A DNA stretch of 64,000 nt from Octopus vulgaris (taxonomy: Eukaryota): NCBI GenBank assembly GCA_951406725.2, contig OX597823.1:12524001-12588000 (forward strand). The letters are read 5' to 3'. The notes under the pieces are model-generated. The model saw only the letters and a list, made by a program, of their open reading frames with translations. It did no database searches and was not told the DNA's origin. Each line of letters starts with the position of its first letter. The stretch's first letter is position 1. Below are positions 13,273 to 24,084 of this stretch, one piece after another. The position numbers were made by a program, and so were the translations under genes.

Positions 13273-13360
13273 CATTATTCAGGTCACTGCTTGGAATCGA
13301 ACTCGACTCGGAATCTTGGGGTTAGTAGCCCGCGCTCTTAACCACTGCGCCGTATACCCG
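12472..13360 (-). mobile_element. Hammerhead-bearing tRNA-headed SINE-like element, interrupted copy
   Basis: Head at 13278-13360 (GGCGCAGTGGTTAAGAGC...GAGTTCGATTCC), (AAT)n linker, body at 12472-12660 with a mutated hammerhead (CUGGUGA). Split by the repeat at 12674-13172. Confidence 0.7.
12674..13172. mobile_element. Unclassified interspersed repeat
   Basis: Homologous to 46953-47345 and 47381-47450. Confidence 0.75.
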
Positions 13361-14070
13361 TGGGCTGGGATTTCCCGTGGTCTTGGATTGACTCGTAACT
13401 ATTTTTGCAAGACTGTAAAACTATGATACACACAGAGTGGAATCAAACATTCTCCGTTTATTACGAAATTAACTTCTCAACCACACAGCTACAGTGATAT
13501 CTCCCGGGTGTGTCTATATTTTCACCACTTATGCAAAACTAATGTAGTGAAGCACAGGAAATAAAAACCAAGATTTTACAAGAAACTGTCCAATAAATTT
13601 AATAGTGACAATGTAACTTACTTATGATAAGCATCTGTAATTCACATGAAATATATCTTTTACAATGAATAACCCAATAATTTTATCATATAAGCATGAG
13701 AACGGCTCCAAACACCCGTACATACAAAACCATGATTATAATATAAAACTGAAAAATAACAAAACCTTCATAGATGTATATATTATACATGATGAAAACG
13801 TTATCTTATATAGAACTCAATATAAGTGCTAGAGTGGAAAGATACGTCAATTACATTTAAAAAAATGACTGTCTCCTCCACTTGATTAGTGGCAAATCGC
13901 GGCTGTCCGATTTTGACCATGCGAACCCGGAGTATACAGATGTTTTGATGCAATTGATGCACACGCACACACACACATACACACGCACACACACACACAC
14001 ACTCACATACAAACACACTCATACTCATGTATATGTTTGTATTTGAATTTATGTACACGCATACTTATAT

Positions 14071-14488
14071 AGGCGCAGGAGTGGCTGTGTGGTAAGTAGC
14101 TTGTTTACCAACCACATGGTTCTGGTTTCAGTCCCACTGCGTGGCACCTTGGGCAAGTGTCTTCTACTATAGCCTCGGGCCGACCAAAGCCTTGTGAGTG
14201 GATTTGGTAGACGGAAACTGAAAAGAAGCCCGTCGTATATATGTATGTATATATATGCGTGTGTGTGCCTGTGTGTCTGTGTTTTTTGCCCTAGCATTGC
14301 TTGACAACCGATGCTGGTGTGTTTATGTCCCCGTTACTTACCAGTTCGGCAAAAGAGACCGATAGAATAAGTACTGGGCTTACAAAAAGAATAAGTCCCG
14401 GGGTCGAGTTGCTCGATTAAAGGCGGTGCTCCAGTATGGCCGCAGTCAAATGACTGAAACAAGTAAAAGAGTAAAAGAGTAAAAGAGT
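14071..14488 (+). mobile_element. SINE family A, full length
   Basis: GGCGCAGGAGTGGCTGTGTGG head, GTTTCAGTCCC B-box-like motif, tail ending in GTAAAAGA repeats. Confidence 0.9.
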
Positions 14489-14680
14489 ATATATCTATAT
14501 GTAGGAAAAAATTTCATAAAAACAAGATGCACGATTTACCATTGTGCAGAATCTGCAGTGGATGTTCCTCGGTGCAATTGGATTCTGAACCACAAGAAAT
14601 GATATAAACTGTATCTTACGTCTATCATACTTTTACGCACATTTGCTCAGCATATAATAACCAGATAATACAGTTAGATA

Positions 14681-15320
14681 CATTAATAAGTCTCCGAACG
14701 AGATGTAAACGGTAACCGCTCGACAACGTAAAGTGTACTAGCCATCTAAATGTGGCTAGCCACTGGGGGGTGGGTGTTACTGAAGCTTATAGCTCCAGGA
14801 GATCTTCGTCTTCAGCTGGCTTTAGACCCACTTTCTGTGCCCTTCTGATATTCGCAAAGGGAGGTCAACCCCTCTCGAAAACCTAAGATCTCCTGGGGCT
14901 ATAAGCTTCAGTAACACCCACCCTCAGTGGCTAGCCACATTCAGATGGCTAGTACACTTTACATTGTCGAGCGGTTACTGTTTACATCTCGTTCAGAGAT
15001 TTATTAATGCTTTCAGACAGTTTTTCTGAATCAGTGACAGTGGTTGCTGGGAAAAACATTTAATAGATATTCTCAAACAGGTCTCTCCAATCGAAAATCG
15101 GTGTTTACCGTACGTTGACGAGAGGCAAATACCTCAAAACTATAGTCCGTATGTATCACTTAGGTTTTCGAGAGGGGATGACCTCTCTTTGCGAATATCA
15201 GAAGGGCACAGAATGTGTGTCTAAAGCCAGCTGGAGACGATGATCTCCTGGGGCTATAAGCTTCAGTAACACCCCCCCCCCAGTGGCTAGCCACATTCAG
15301 ATGGCTAGTACACTTTACAC
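14681..15320 (+). mobile_element. Penelope pseudo-LTR/retrozyme-like element: inverted arm plus 355-nt partial tandem
   Basis: 14681-14805 is the reverse complement of ~14887-15010. 14729-14887 is the reverse complement of ~15158-15320. GATCTCCTGGG recurs at 14887 and 15242. Confidence 0.7.
15109..15153 (+). ncRNA. Degenerate type I hammerhead ribozyme
   Basis: CGUACG-[U]UGACGA-GAGG(CAAAUA)CCUC-[A]AAA-CUAUAG-UC-CGUAUG. All three stems pair; two core substitutions. Confidence 0.7.
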
Positions 15321-15513
15321 AGTTAGATACAGTAAGAACAAAAAAAACTATCCTGGAAGTAGACTGGGGGAAGATACTCTATGTGGAGCGCAAAAGTCAC
15401 TAGCAGCAGTCGTACACCTAATTATACTCAATATATACGTGTATGTGTGTGTATATTTATGTATGTATCTATGCATCTATCCATATGCATACACACGCAC
15501 ACACACCAATATA

Positions 15514-15908
15514 TCTTTATATATAAAAGAGAAGTTGTGTGTCTGTCTCCTACGATTTAGATTTCTAACTACTTCCACATTTTGCGGTGCAGTTTAACCA
15601 AAACCGGGTATCTTATAGTCGTGATTCATATCGAGCCCTTCTGAGTATTAGTGCGCGTCTACGATGAGTCTACGATAAAAAAAAAATTCACCATCATTTT
15701 TTTCCATTTTAATGCATTTTTTCGCTATTATATAAGGGAAGTAACTCTCTAAAAATGTCTACGATGAGTCAACGATTTAAAAAAATTTACCATAATATTT
15801 TTTCCATTTTTAATGCATTTTTTTGCTATTTTTTGGCTATAAATCTCTAAAGACGCTTATATAGTTATTTCCCTTACAAACCCGAGCAATGCCGGGCGAT
15901 ACTGCTAG
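15514..15908 (+). mobile_element. Non-autonomous Helitron
   Basis: 5' A|TC, subterminal hairpin CCCGAGCAATGCCGGG, 3' CTAG|T, no TSD. Second copy at 38641. Confidence 0.85.
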
Positions 15909-16225
15909 TAATTTATAAGAATCTTTTAGATTTTACTTTGTTTCATTAAAACTGCGAATGAGTGAGGCAATGGAACAATTTAAAAAATTTATGGGATATT
16001 GCTGAAAGAAAATAAAATGGCGTTGGCCTTTTGAAAACCACTACTATCGGAGCTAGAAGCGATAGAAAACTTCTTGATTTATCAAATAACGACTAAACGG
16101 AAGAAATTTAAGAAGACAAAAGAAAAAAAAAAAAAGCAAAAAGCAAGATATTTGCAGATTCTGAAGTGATGTATTATTCCCCGTTCTCACTTTGGTTTCT
16201 TCTTTTGTCTGACAGTCCCTCTCTG

Positions 16226-16296
<71 letters not shown>

Positions 16297-16547
16297 ATAT
16301 ATATATATATATATATATTTATTAATCAATATAGGGTGGCAAAAAAAATTTTGTAGAATTCTTTTGCCACCAGCGGCCTAGTAGGAAAAAATTAAAATAG
16401 TCATAGACCATTTTTAAGTTCAACATCAACAATAAAGGAACGGCCATAATAGGCCATTCACCCACTAGAAATAACAGCCAAAGCTTCAACCGCAAATAAA
16501 AGTTAATTCAGTAAACCAGGAGAAAATTTAAAAACATTTACCCTGTA

Positions 16548-16654
16548 ATTTCTTATACGATATACCGTTTCATCTGCTGATTAATGGTAAACTAACCTGA
16601 TTAAATTAAATCAAGCCAATCATCCACAGGCCTTCAAATTCATCAGTAAGAAAT
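16548..16654 (-). ncRNA. Type I hammerhead ribozyme, intact core
   Basis: Inverted copy of 16825-16931; stem II AUUUG/CAGAU. Confidence 0.8.
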
Positions 16655-16824
16655 ATATTGATTAATTATGAATTTTCTGGTTAATTCCGTAATGGAATCG
16701 ACGGCTTATATTTATTTGCTGCCGATAAATTTGGCGCGAGTGCGACGATTTGAAAATTTTAGGTCAGATATTAACTTGGCAACGTCGGAAATGCCTCGTG
16801 AAAATATCTGTTCCGTCTTGGGCT

Positions 16825-16931
16825 ATTTCTTACTGATGAATCTGAGGGCCTGTGGATGATTGGCTTGATTTAATTTAATCAGGTTAGTTTACCATTAATC
16901 AGCAGATGAAACGGTATATCGTATAAGAAAT
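16825..16931 (+). ncRNA. Type I hammerhead ribozyme, intact core
   Basis: AUUUCUUA-CUGAUGA-AUCUG...CAGAU-GAAA-CGGUAUAUCG-UA-UAAGAAAU. 8-bp stem I, 5-bp stem II, near-palindromic stem III, GUA cleavage site. Confidence 0.85.
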
Positions 16932-17052
16932 TACAGGGTAAATGTTTTTAAATTTTCTCCTGGTTTACTGAATTAACTTTTATTTGCGGTTGAAGCTTTG
17001 GCTGTTATTTCTAGTGGGTGAATGGCCTATTATGGCCGTTCCTTTATTGTTG

Positions 17053-17088
<36 letters not shown>

Positions 17089-17093
17089 GTATG

Positions 17094-17127
<34 letters not shown>

Positions 17128-17131
17128 TCTA

Positions 17132-17188
<57 letters not shown>

Positions 17189-17226
17189 ATGCATGTGTAA
17201 CCATGTCTTTAGCTGCATACATGTGC

Positions 17227-17265
<39 letters not shown>

Positions 17266-17662
17266 TGTGTTTAGCTTACCTTTTAAAGTGCACTACATAT
17301 AACTATCGAGACAGAACTGCTTACGTTTCATTTTGTTCCAAAACAAATGCCCAGGAAGAAAATTCTTGTTACTACACAGATGATTGCAGATTACATGTTT
17401 GTTGGCTGCAATGACCATAGATTACTGATAAACAGAAGAAGCCTGGAGTATATCGTCTTAGTATATCTGTTCATAATATTTTATACGTGTTTCTCTAACA
17501 ATGTCAGTATGGAAAATAAATTCTATGCAAGTCCCTTCGTCTGACGGAGAGACTTGCATAAAAATATTATGTATTTCATTTTACGCAATCATTTTCCAAC
17601 CATAGCAGAAGCCTGTATTAATATGGTGTGAGTAAATAATTATACACAATATTCTCCAGTCT

Positions 17663-17870
17663 TACAGTTCTATATTGAAGAGATGAGGAATTATGTACAA
17701 TATTTGCATTATATACATTTGACAGGTATTTGTCTTCATCTAGTTCGTTGCTAACACGTTTCGGCTCATATACTCTCCAGCCTTCATCAGGTATCTTGGG
17801 GGAAATTTCAAACCTGTATTCATTTTCCTAAGGTTTCTTTCGATGTTATTATTATTATTATTACTATTAT
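17663..17870 (-). mobile_element. Hammerhead-SINE body copy
   Basis: Homologous to 12472, 18860, 38202 and 52020. CUGAUGA at 17784-17790 on the minus strand, with a small deletion at the cleavage site. Confidence 0.75.
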
Positions 17871-18434
17871 TCAGTAGTTTTATTTTTATAGCGTGCTTTC
17901 ACTTCACTACCGAGCACAGCTCTGTGTGCCTTGGGTATGTGCTGTGATTTGTTGTGATGCTCTGATGGTTATTGTATGGAAAGTGTTCTGCGTAGGATGT
18001 GTGCAATGCCTAGTAGTGCAATTTTCTGTATGTTATATGTGTTTGTAAGTCCTGGTGTTTTTGTTATGTATTTGTCTGAATATTTTTTTATCATGCCTAA
18101 TGCACCTACTATGATAGGAATTGTTTCTGTTTTCAGATTCCACATTCTAGTTACCTCTATTTCCAGGTCTTTGTATTTTGAGAGTTTCTCCATTTCTTTT
18201 AGAGACACGTTGTCATCAGCCGGTATTGATACATCAATTAGAAAGCATTTTTTTTCTTCATGATCTCTGACAACTATATCTGGTCTGTTGGCCTTAATTT
18301 CTCTATCTGTGTGTATCGGCATATCCCAGAGTATGGTTGCTTTCTCGTTTTCTGTGACCTTTTCTGGTGTGTGCCTATACCATCTTTTTTCTGTTGTTAT
18401 TCCATAATGTTGGCATAGCTTCCAATGTATGTAG
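17871..18434 (-). mobile_element. R4/Dong-clade LINE 3' end (restriction-like endonuclease)
   Basis: LWDMPIHTDREIKANRPDIVV...IDVSIP...EKLSKYKDL...PIIVGALG is an RLE PD-(D/E)xK domain. Near-identical to 63490-64000. 3' end abuts (TAA)n. Confidence 0.9.
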
Positions 18435-18517
18435 GGAAAAAGAGAGAGAAAGAGAGAGATACAGCGAGACAGAGAAAGCAGTACAGCCCGGAGTATATTT
18501 TATTTACATTATTTTAC

Positions 18518-18593
<76 letters not shown>

Positions 18594-18664
18594 TATTCAG
18601 GTCACTGACTGGAATCGAACTCGGAATTTCGGTGTCTTCGGGTTAGTAGCCCGCACTCTTATCA

Positions 18665-18787
18665 ACAGTGGTTCAACACAAAGATTCCGAGTTGGATACC
18701 AGGCAGTGACCTGAATAATAGTAGTAGTACTACTACTAATACAAATGATGATGATGATGATAATAATAAAAATAAAAATAATAATGC

Positions 18788-18850
<63 letters not shown>

Positions 18851-19005
18851 CAACAACATCGAAATATACCTTAGAAATGAGAACCCAGAATCGAAATTTC
18901 CCCTAGACACCTGATGAAGGCTGGAGGGTACATCAGCCGAAATGTTGTGCTAACAACAAACAAGATGAGGACAAATATCTGTCAAATGTAAATAATGTAA
19001 ATAAA
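18665..19005 (+). mobile_element. Hammerhead-SINE copy with partial head
   Basis: Partial tRNA-like head, (AAT)n, then GACAC-CUGAUGA-A-GGCUG...CAGCC-GAAA-UG-UU-GUGC at 18906-18950. Confidence 0.75.
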
Positions 19006-19067
19006 ATATACTCCGGGCGTACTGCTTTCTCTGTCTCGCTGTATCTCTCTCTTTCTCTCTCTTTTTC

Positions 19068-19149
<82 letters not shown>

Positions 19150-19672
19150 ATGAGAAACTGAGAAGAATGATTAGACTTTATGTTAAAAACTGAATGCTCA
19201 TCAATGAAACCAGTTTCACTTTTTAAATAAGAACTGTGCATTGATTAATAATATTTTTACATTATCATTCCTCCCTAATACACCAACTTATCTTCTTGCT
19301 TTCCTCCTGTCCATCCCACCTGCCTACCTTTATAGTATAAAGTTTATACCACTCACTACCTCTCCTATTCGCCTCTCTCATTTATATTTATTAACACTAC
19401 CCTATCATATCCAATTGACCTTCAGCTTCTGAAGACAATGCTTTCAGGTACCAAAATCCGTGCTGTTTGACACTTTAATTTACTTTTAATTATACCTACA
19501 ATACTGTTTCAGTATTGTACTCGTTTGCAAATATATGCATCGTTATATCGACTGATCATCCCATTAGAAACAGCTGTAAAGAAAGGAACAGATTACATCT
19601 TTATTATAGTTTGTCTGTCTTTTAATATTCTTATTTGTGTATGTGTGTGTATATGTGTGCGTGTGTGTATCT

Positions 19673-19714
<42 letters not shown>

Positions 19715-19744
19715 GTGTGTACTTGGTTTCTTGAGCACATCGAC

Positions 19745-19945
19745 TTGTTTAAATACTTTGAAACATTTTCTGTTTAAAATGGAATTCTGGCCGTTCTGAC
19801 AAATTAAAACATATTCCACAATGGGTTTGACCACATGGCTTTGCTCTGTATATTTTATTCGTTTTGTACGTTTTAAGTAGTCGAGTATTTGCGAACATTC
19901 TGTTCAGGGATTTACTTTGTGACTTATCTCTCAATAGAATAACAT
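19745..19945 (-). mobile_element. Penelope-like ORF fragment (RT-endonuclease Cys linker)
   Basis: KSQSKSLNRM...KPCGQTHCGIC..L.ERPEFHFK resembles the KRQPKS...C..C..C linker of the element at 26050-26230. Confidence 0.55.
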
Positions 19946-20204
19946 TATTTGTTCTGGGACATTAGCGGCATTATGCAGTGAAGATGCGGATCGGGAGGTC
20001 AGGACTTCTTAGGAGTATGGAATTCCCTGTTACTCACTACTACCTCCAACACTGATCTTGTTCTGTGTAGTGGTGCTTGTCAGATGTCACAGTTATTGGT
20101 TAAACAGTTGAAGACGTTCATGTCTCTCGAGCGTACAAGATTCGGAAGAAGGATGGTCCGTAGACACACGACAAACAGACCCCCCCCCGATTAGTGGAAC
20201 TACC

Positions 20205-20520
20205 CTGATGTTGTTGTTTGTTCCTTCTCGAGCCATGCCTGGCTCATAAGTGCCGGTTTCCCGGTTTCCATGGCGTATAGGTTCCCCACCTGGACGGGAT
20301 GCCGGTCCGTCGCAGGCGAGCAGCAAGATGCAGGAGGAAAGAGTGTGAGAGAGAAAGTTGTGGTGAGAGAGTCAGCAGAAGTTCGCCCTTACCTTCTGTC
20401 GGAGCCGTGTGGAGCTTAGGTGTTTCGCTCATAAACACACACATCGCCCGATCTGAGATTCAAACGCGCGATCCCTCGACCGAGAATCCGCTGCTCTAAC
20501 CACTAGGCCATGTGCCGCCA
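20205..20520 (-). mobile_element. tRNA-derived SINE (head 1 + tail Y)
   Basis: TGGCCTAGTGGTTAGAGCAGCGG head shared with 24526. Tail CTGCGACGGACCGGC...GAAACCGGG shared with 36735-36810. Confidence 0.85.
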
Positions 20521-21160
20521 CACTGATATTGCATAAACCAATACTATGTCTAGTGTATTGCTTGAATAGTTCTTGCGCTGCAAGGGAAGCGTGTGAAAGA
20601 AGGAGATTAGGTGAGTAAAATATAAATAAACTAACATGAGGGAAGAGAAAATCACTACTATGTTCAGGCATATGCAAAGAGGTCTATGATGAATGGCAAC
20701 TGTCGGCATAGCACATAACGAAGAGATGTGTTTATAGATACAAATTCACCTGCCAGGTTTATTCAGTGTTAGCAGAAAAAGAATATTGCAGAATTTTTAG
20801 TTTCTAGGACTGCGAAGAGAAATACAGCAGCACTTTCTGTTCCAATATATTATTGTGTTTCTTTTGTCAGTGTCTGAACATCAATTGCTTTGGCATATTG
20901 TGTCTCATCCTCTATAAAGGATGCCACTTAATATTCGTCGGTCAGTGCACCTTGCAGTTTTTCAAGTGGTATATCACAAGTATTTATATCAGTCGCAATT
21001 ATACATATATGTATATGTGAAATCGTGTGTTGAAACAGGTATTGTTATATTTCGGAATGGTCATTTTGCCAGTTTAGCCAATAAAAACACACGCACTATA
21101 TATTTGGTGTTATTTTGCTTCAGTGTTATTTATTTTTTACGTTAATCTTAATCTTATTTC

Positions 21161-21205
21161 GGCCTGAGTTCTTTCGTCACACTCCTGTGACTGCATCAGT
21201 GGTCC
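21161..21205 (-). ncRNA. Degenerate hammerhead-like motif
   Basis: GGACCA-CUGAUG[C]A-GUCAC(AGGAGU)GUGAC-GAAA-GAAC-UC-AGGCC. Perfect stem II, imperfect stems I and III. Confidence 0.5.
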
Positions 21206-21275
21206 TTTGTTTTCTTCTTTCTTATTTGTGTATCTCTTTACTAACCGTCAGCCATTTTGTATTATACATATACTT

Positions 21276-22970
21276 TTAGCTAAAATAAATGGAATATTTG
21301 TTGTAATGTGCTTCGGATGACATTAAATAAAGAGTAGATATTATTTTGAATGTATAGGTCTGCATTATGTCTGCCTCAATTTGATTGTTGAATTTCATAA
21401 CTAAAATATCTAAAAATAGTAGAATCTTTTGACTGCACACCATTGAGAATTGGATAATATTATTTATTCCATTAAGTAATATCTTAAAATCATTTAATTT
21501 CTCTATGCTTCCATTGTAATAAATAAAGCAATCGTCTAGAAATGTTTTCCATTTCACTTTTATATAATGAGAGAAAGACTATTCATATTTCCGTAGCGAT
21601 TCTCGATGCATTGCAATTCTAAACGAACTATAACTAAATTTATGTAGGTTGGTACTTCTTCGACCGTCATCGCTGTTTTAGATTACTTTCGGTAACATCA
21701 AACATAAAATTACATAAAGTTATTTTGCAGGAATAAATTTTGATATTCCAATTATTTATTATCTATACGTCCTGGTAGTTATTTGGTAAAATTCCCTAAG
21801 CAGAATTTTATCACTTCTCTTCCATTGTCATGAGGGAGCTTACATCAAAAGATACAATAAATGTTTTTTAATTGACCGTTTTTTGTGAAGGTGGTTCAAA
21901 ATATCTCTGTTTTATCTTATAAAACTTTTAATGTTTAAGAAATGGTTTCAGTAAGATGTCGAACAAAATATTCATCAGATGTGTTTCACATATTGATCTT
22001 CTAGCATTTGTTTTAATTTGAAATCCTTTAGTAGTGAAACGTTAAAACAAACGCGTGTGGAATTTTTGCATGATTTTCCTTCTCATCTTACATCTGTGAC
22101 ATTTTAGTACACCATTAAAAGGATTAGATTTGCATTTAAAATCCGTTTAAGTAATCACATTCGCAGTCATTCAATTGTTTTGGGTGCAAATGCAAGTGCA
22201 ACAAGATGTTACATTTCGTATGTTGAGTGTAAATTTTAACCTTTTCTTGGTGCATATTTCTTATAGCAGAGATAAAACAAGATTTTAGTATTTAGCATCC
22301 ATCAATATAACTTCACACCTTTTATCAGTTTCTTTAATTTTCAATATGTTATCATTTTTCAATTCACTTGTTATCCTATTCACATTATATGAAAAACAAA
22401 ATGTGGTCATCCTTTGATGGAGAATTGTTAGATTCTATTCCTAACAAGATATTCTTCATCATTATTCTTATTAAATGATTCTCCTGTGAGTCTCAATCTG
22501 CTACACAATTCTGAAATGTCTTTAGCTTTATTGTAATTATATCTCCGGAGGGTTGGGGTAAATGGGTAAATTTTTATCCTATTGCAAGTATATCGATTTA
22601 TTTTACTGTTAATATCTTTTTTGATAAATTTACTATTTTTATTACTTCCAGTTTCCTCTGTTTGTTTGATTCCGCCGGGCATCGTAGTCCTGGACAAGAT
22701 CTAAAAACCATTTCTATAATTACATTCGCCTGAATCGTCAGTATTTCCAGCTCCGCTCGTGTGCTCAGCTGTGTAATCTTTACGTTTAAGTTTATGAAAT
22801 ATATTTTAAGATTTCATCTTTCTCCAACGAGTTTCAAATTTATTTCTTTGGTTATCTTTCACTGTTGAAGATTGGAACATGCTTCCATTTGGTAAGTTGT
22901 TTCTTCTTGATGTACTTCTAATCTAAGAATTGTTCGTGTTTCAAGTCTGAAAACGAATTCTTTTAAAATC
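21276..22970 (-). mobile_element. Degenerate Penelope-like element (RT)
   Basis: WKTFLDDCFI...QFSM....LLFLDILV, upstream IVSFDVSSL and KPFL motifs. Many stops and frameshifts. Confidence 0.8.
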
Positions 22971-22976
22971 TGAAGC

Positions 22977-23028
<52 letters not shown>

Positions 23029-23116
23029 TAGAGAGAGAGAGTGAGTATGTGTGTGTGTGTGCGTGTGCCTGTGTGTGTCTGTGAGTGTGTGTGTGTGTGA
23101 GAGAGATAGAGAGTGA

Positions 23117-23147
<31 letters not shown>

Positions 23148-23342
23148 AGATAGAGAGAGAGAGTGAGTATGTGTGTGTGTGCGTGTGTGTGTCTGTGAGT
23201 GTGTGTGTGTGAGAGAGAGATAGAGAGAGAGTGAGTATGTGTGTGTGCGTGTGTGTGTGTGTGTGTGTGTGCGTGTGTGTGTGCGTGTGTGTGTGTGTGT
23301 GTGTATCTGTGTGTGTGTGTGTGTGTGTATCTCTGTGTGTGT
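22977..23342. repeat. Compound (GT)n/(GA)n array with higher-order units
   Basis: GT and GA blocks with recurring GAGAGTGAGTATGTG junctions. Confidence 0.9.
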
Positions 23343-23744
23343 ATTGTTCTGAACTGTTATAATTCGATCTTATATTGGTTATTTAGCCATTTCAGAAACA
23401 TATTTTCATATGTATTTTCTTCAAAAACAAGTTCTGCGTTCTAAGAATCCTTTAAAATTTTCTTTTTATAATTGAGGAAATAATTATTGTTAATTTCCTC
23501 GCATTGAATTAAAGGGATTTCAATATTTCAGTTTTGGATTTCTTTTTCCAAAGTTTCGAGTTTATTTCTAGAATTTACCCATCATTCCTTCCATCGATTT
23601 CAATTTGTAACCGTTGCTTTATGCTTTTAAATTTTGATTATATCTCCATTTCCATTGGGTCTTAATTCCTCTACTTTCAATTAAGCAAAAAAAAAAAAAT
23701 GGATATACGAACATGTAGAATATGCACACACACACACAAACACG

Positions 23745-24060
23745 CAGTTGTGATTGTTTATTGAGCGAAAACACCTAAAGCTCCACGAGGCTCCGGCAGG
23801 GGATGGTGGTAATCCCTGCTGTACTCTTTCACCACAACTCTCTCTCTCTCTCTCTTACTTCCTGTTTTTGTTGTACCTGTATTTCAAAGGGCCGGCCTTG
23901 TCACTCTCTGTGTCACGCTGAATATCCCCGAGAACTACGTTAAGGGTACACGTGTCTGTGGAGTGCTCAGCCACTTACACGTTAATTTCACGAGCAGGCT
24001 GTTCCGTTGATCGGATCAACCGGAACCCTCGTCGTCGTAACCGACGGAGTGCTTCCAACA
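23745..24060 (+). mobile_element. SINE (head 1 + tail X), 5'-truncated
   Basis: Near-identical to 24605-24911. Confidence 0.85.
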
Positions 24061-24084
24061 CAAACACACACACACACACACAAT

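Larger units (their letters stand above)
16425..17054. repeat. Near-perfect ~230-bp inverted repeat with ~170-bp spacer (Penelope pLTR-like)
   Basis: 16425-16654 is the reverse complement of ~16825-17054 with about 2 mismatches seen. Confidence 0.9.

Noticed and set aside
14540-14584. 45-nt AG/GT-bounded minus-strand segment open in all frames
   Set aside because: Too short and unanchored to distinguish from random splice-like sites.
17288-17414. Cys-rich plus-strand frame CTTYNYRD...[15 protein letters not shown]
   Set aside because: No convincing upstream exon or recognisable domain; likely chance.
19545-19585. CTGATCA...GAAACAGCTGTA hammerhead echo, and similar echoes near 26850, 43390 and 61140
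   Set aside because: The core is mutated and the stems cannot be paired convincingly, so they were not counted.
22977-23342. Regularly spaced repeat blocks resembling a CRISPR array
   Set aside because: The spacers are simple GT/GA repeats, the context is eukaryotic and there are no cas genes.
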